Shown here piece after piece: positions 14,609 to 15,018 of a DNA stretch of 15,018 nt; positions within the stretch are counted from its first letter, which is position 1; every line of letters begins with the position of its first letter. The stretch covers positions 1 to 15,018 of the forward strand of contig JAGWDQ010000009.1 of the NCBI GenBank assembly GCA_018260615.1, in the 5' to 3' direction. Made by a program: the position numbers and the translations under genes. Source of the DNA: Candidatus Altarchaeum sp. (GTDB taxonomy: Archaea; Altiarchaeota; Altiarchaeia; Altiarchaeales; Altiarchaeaceae). The notes under the pieces were generated by a model. That model saw only the letters and a list, made by a program, of their open reading frames with translations. It did no database searches and had not been told where the DNA came from.

Positions 14609-15018
14609 ATGGTCAAATTAATAAAAACCATCGCAAAGAACATATACACAAAAACAAAAATCCCCGGCGTTGATTATGTATTAAATCACTATGTCGGATG
14701 CGAACACAATTGCACTTACTGTTATGCTAAATTTATGTGCAGATGGAAGCCATACGGCAAATGGGGGACATGGGTTGAGGCGAAAATGAATGCTCCCGAA
14801 CTGGCAAAAAAATTTATAAGCGATTCTGTGGCTATGTGTTCTGTTTCTGACGCATATCAGCCGGTTGAAAAAGAACTGAAATTAACCCGGGATGTCCTGC
14901 AAAATCTTGATAAACGCACTAATTTATCCATTCTGACAAAATCGGATTTGGTATTGAGGGATGTTGCTCTTTTTAAAAAATTTGAAAATTTAAGAGTTGG
15001 ATTGACAATAAACGGATT
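14609..15018 (+). CDS. Radical SAM protein, spore-photoproduct-lyase-like/Rv2578c-like family (3'-partial; absent from the ORF track because it has no stop)
   Basis: My translation: MVKLIKTIAKNIYTKTKIPGVDYVLNHYVGCEHNCTYCYAKFM...SVSDAYQPVEKELKLTRDVL...ILTKSDLVLRD...VGLTI. It has the CxxxCxxC motif plus the SD-x-YQP-x-E and TKS-x-L-x-x-RD motifs typical of this family. Confidence 0.85.
   Translation, partial: MVKLIKTIAKNIYTKTKIPGVDYVLNHYVGCEHNCTYCYAKFMCRWKPYGKWGTWVEAKMNAPELAKKFISDSVAMCSVSDAYQPVEKELKLTRDVLQNLDKRTNLSILTKSDLVLRDVALFKKFENLRVGLTING

Noticed and set aside
1-15018. tRNA, rRNA, CRISPR array, integrase or transposase genes
   Set aside because: None is recognisable. The intergenic gaps are short and AT-rich with no cloverleaf or repeat-spacer pattern.

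Overview
AT-rich archaeal DNA (ribosomal protein S8e plus a TBP-family gene). Low GC and a giant glycoprotein would fit Altiarchaeota or a similar lineage, but that is inference only. All credible genes lie on the + strand, in this order: (1) the 3' ~8.9 kb of a giant membrane-anchored surface protein (>2,970 aa, open past the left edge) built of 13 carboxypeptidase-regulatory/Cna-B-like beta-sandwich repeats, about a dozen propeller-like blades, a Gly/Pro linker, one TM helix and an Ig-like domain after the TM; (2) rps8e with a shortened N-terminus; (3) a ~473-aa TATA-binding protein with an intact DNA-binding saddle, a ~200-aa N-terminal extension and ~98 extra residues inside repeat 1; (4) a 562-bp intergenic region with what looks like a MITE nested inside a second MITE; (5) a stand-alone trpD; (6) an AbrB-type antitoxin and PIN/VapC toxin pair, flanked by 22-bp direct repeats, with the toxin split by a -1 frameshift at an A-AAT-TTC heptamer; (7) a bacterial-type thiI; (8) the 5' part of an SPL-like radical SAM gene missing from the ORF track. 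The expanded TBP is the most unusual element. All family assignments come from motif recognition by eye, and no database search was run.
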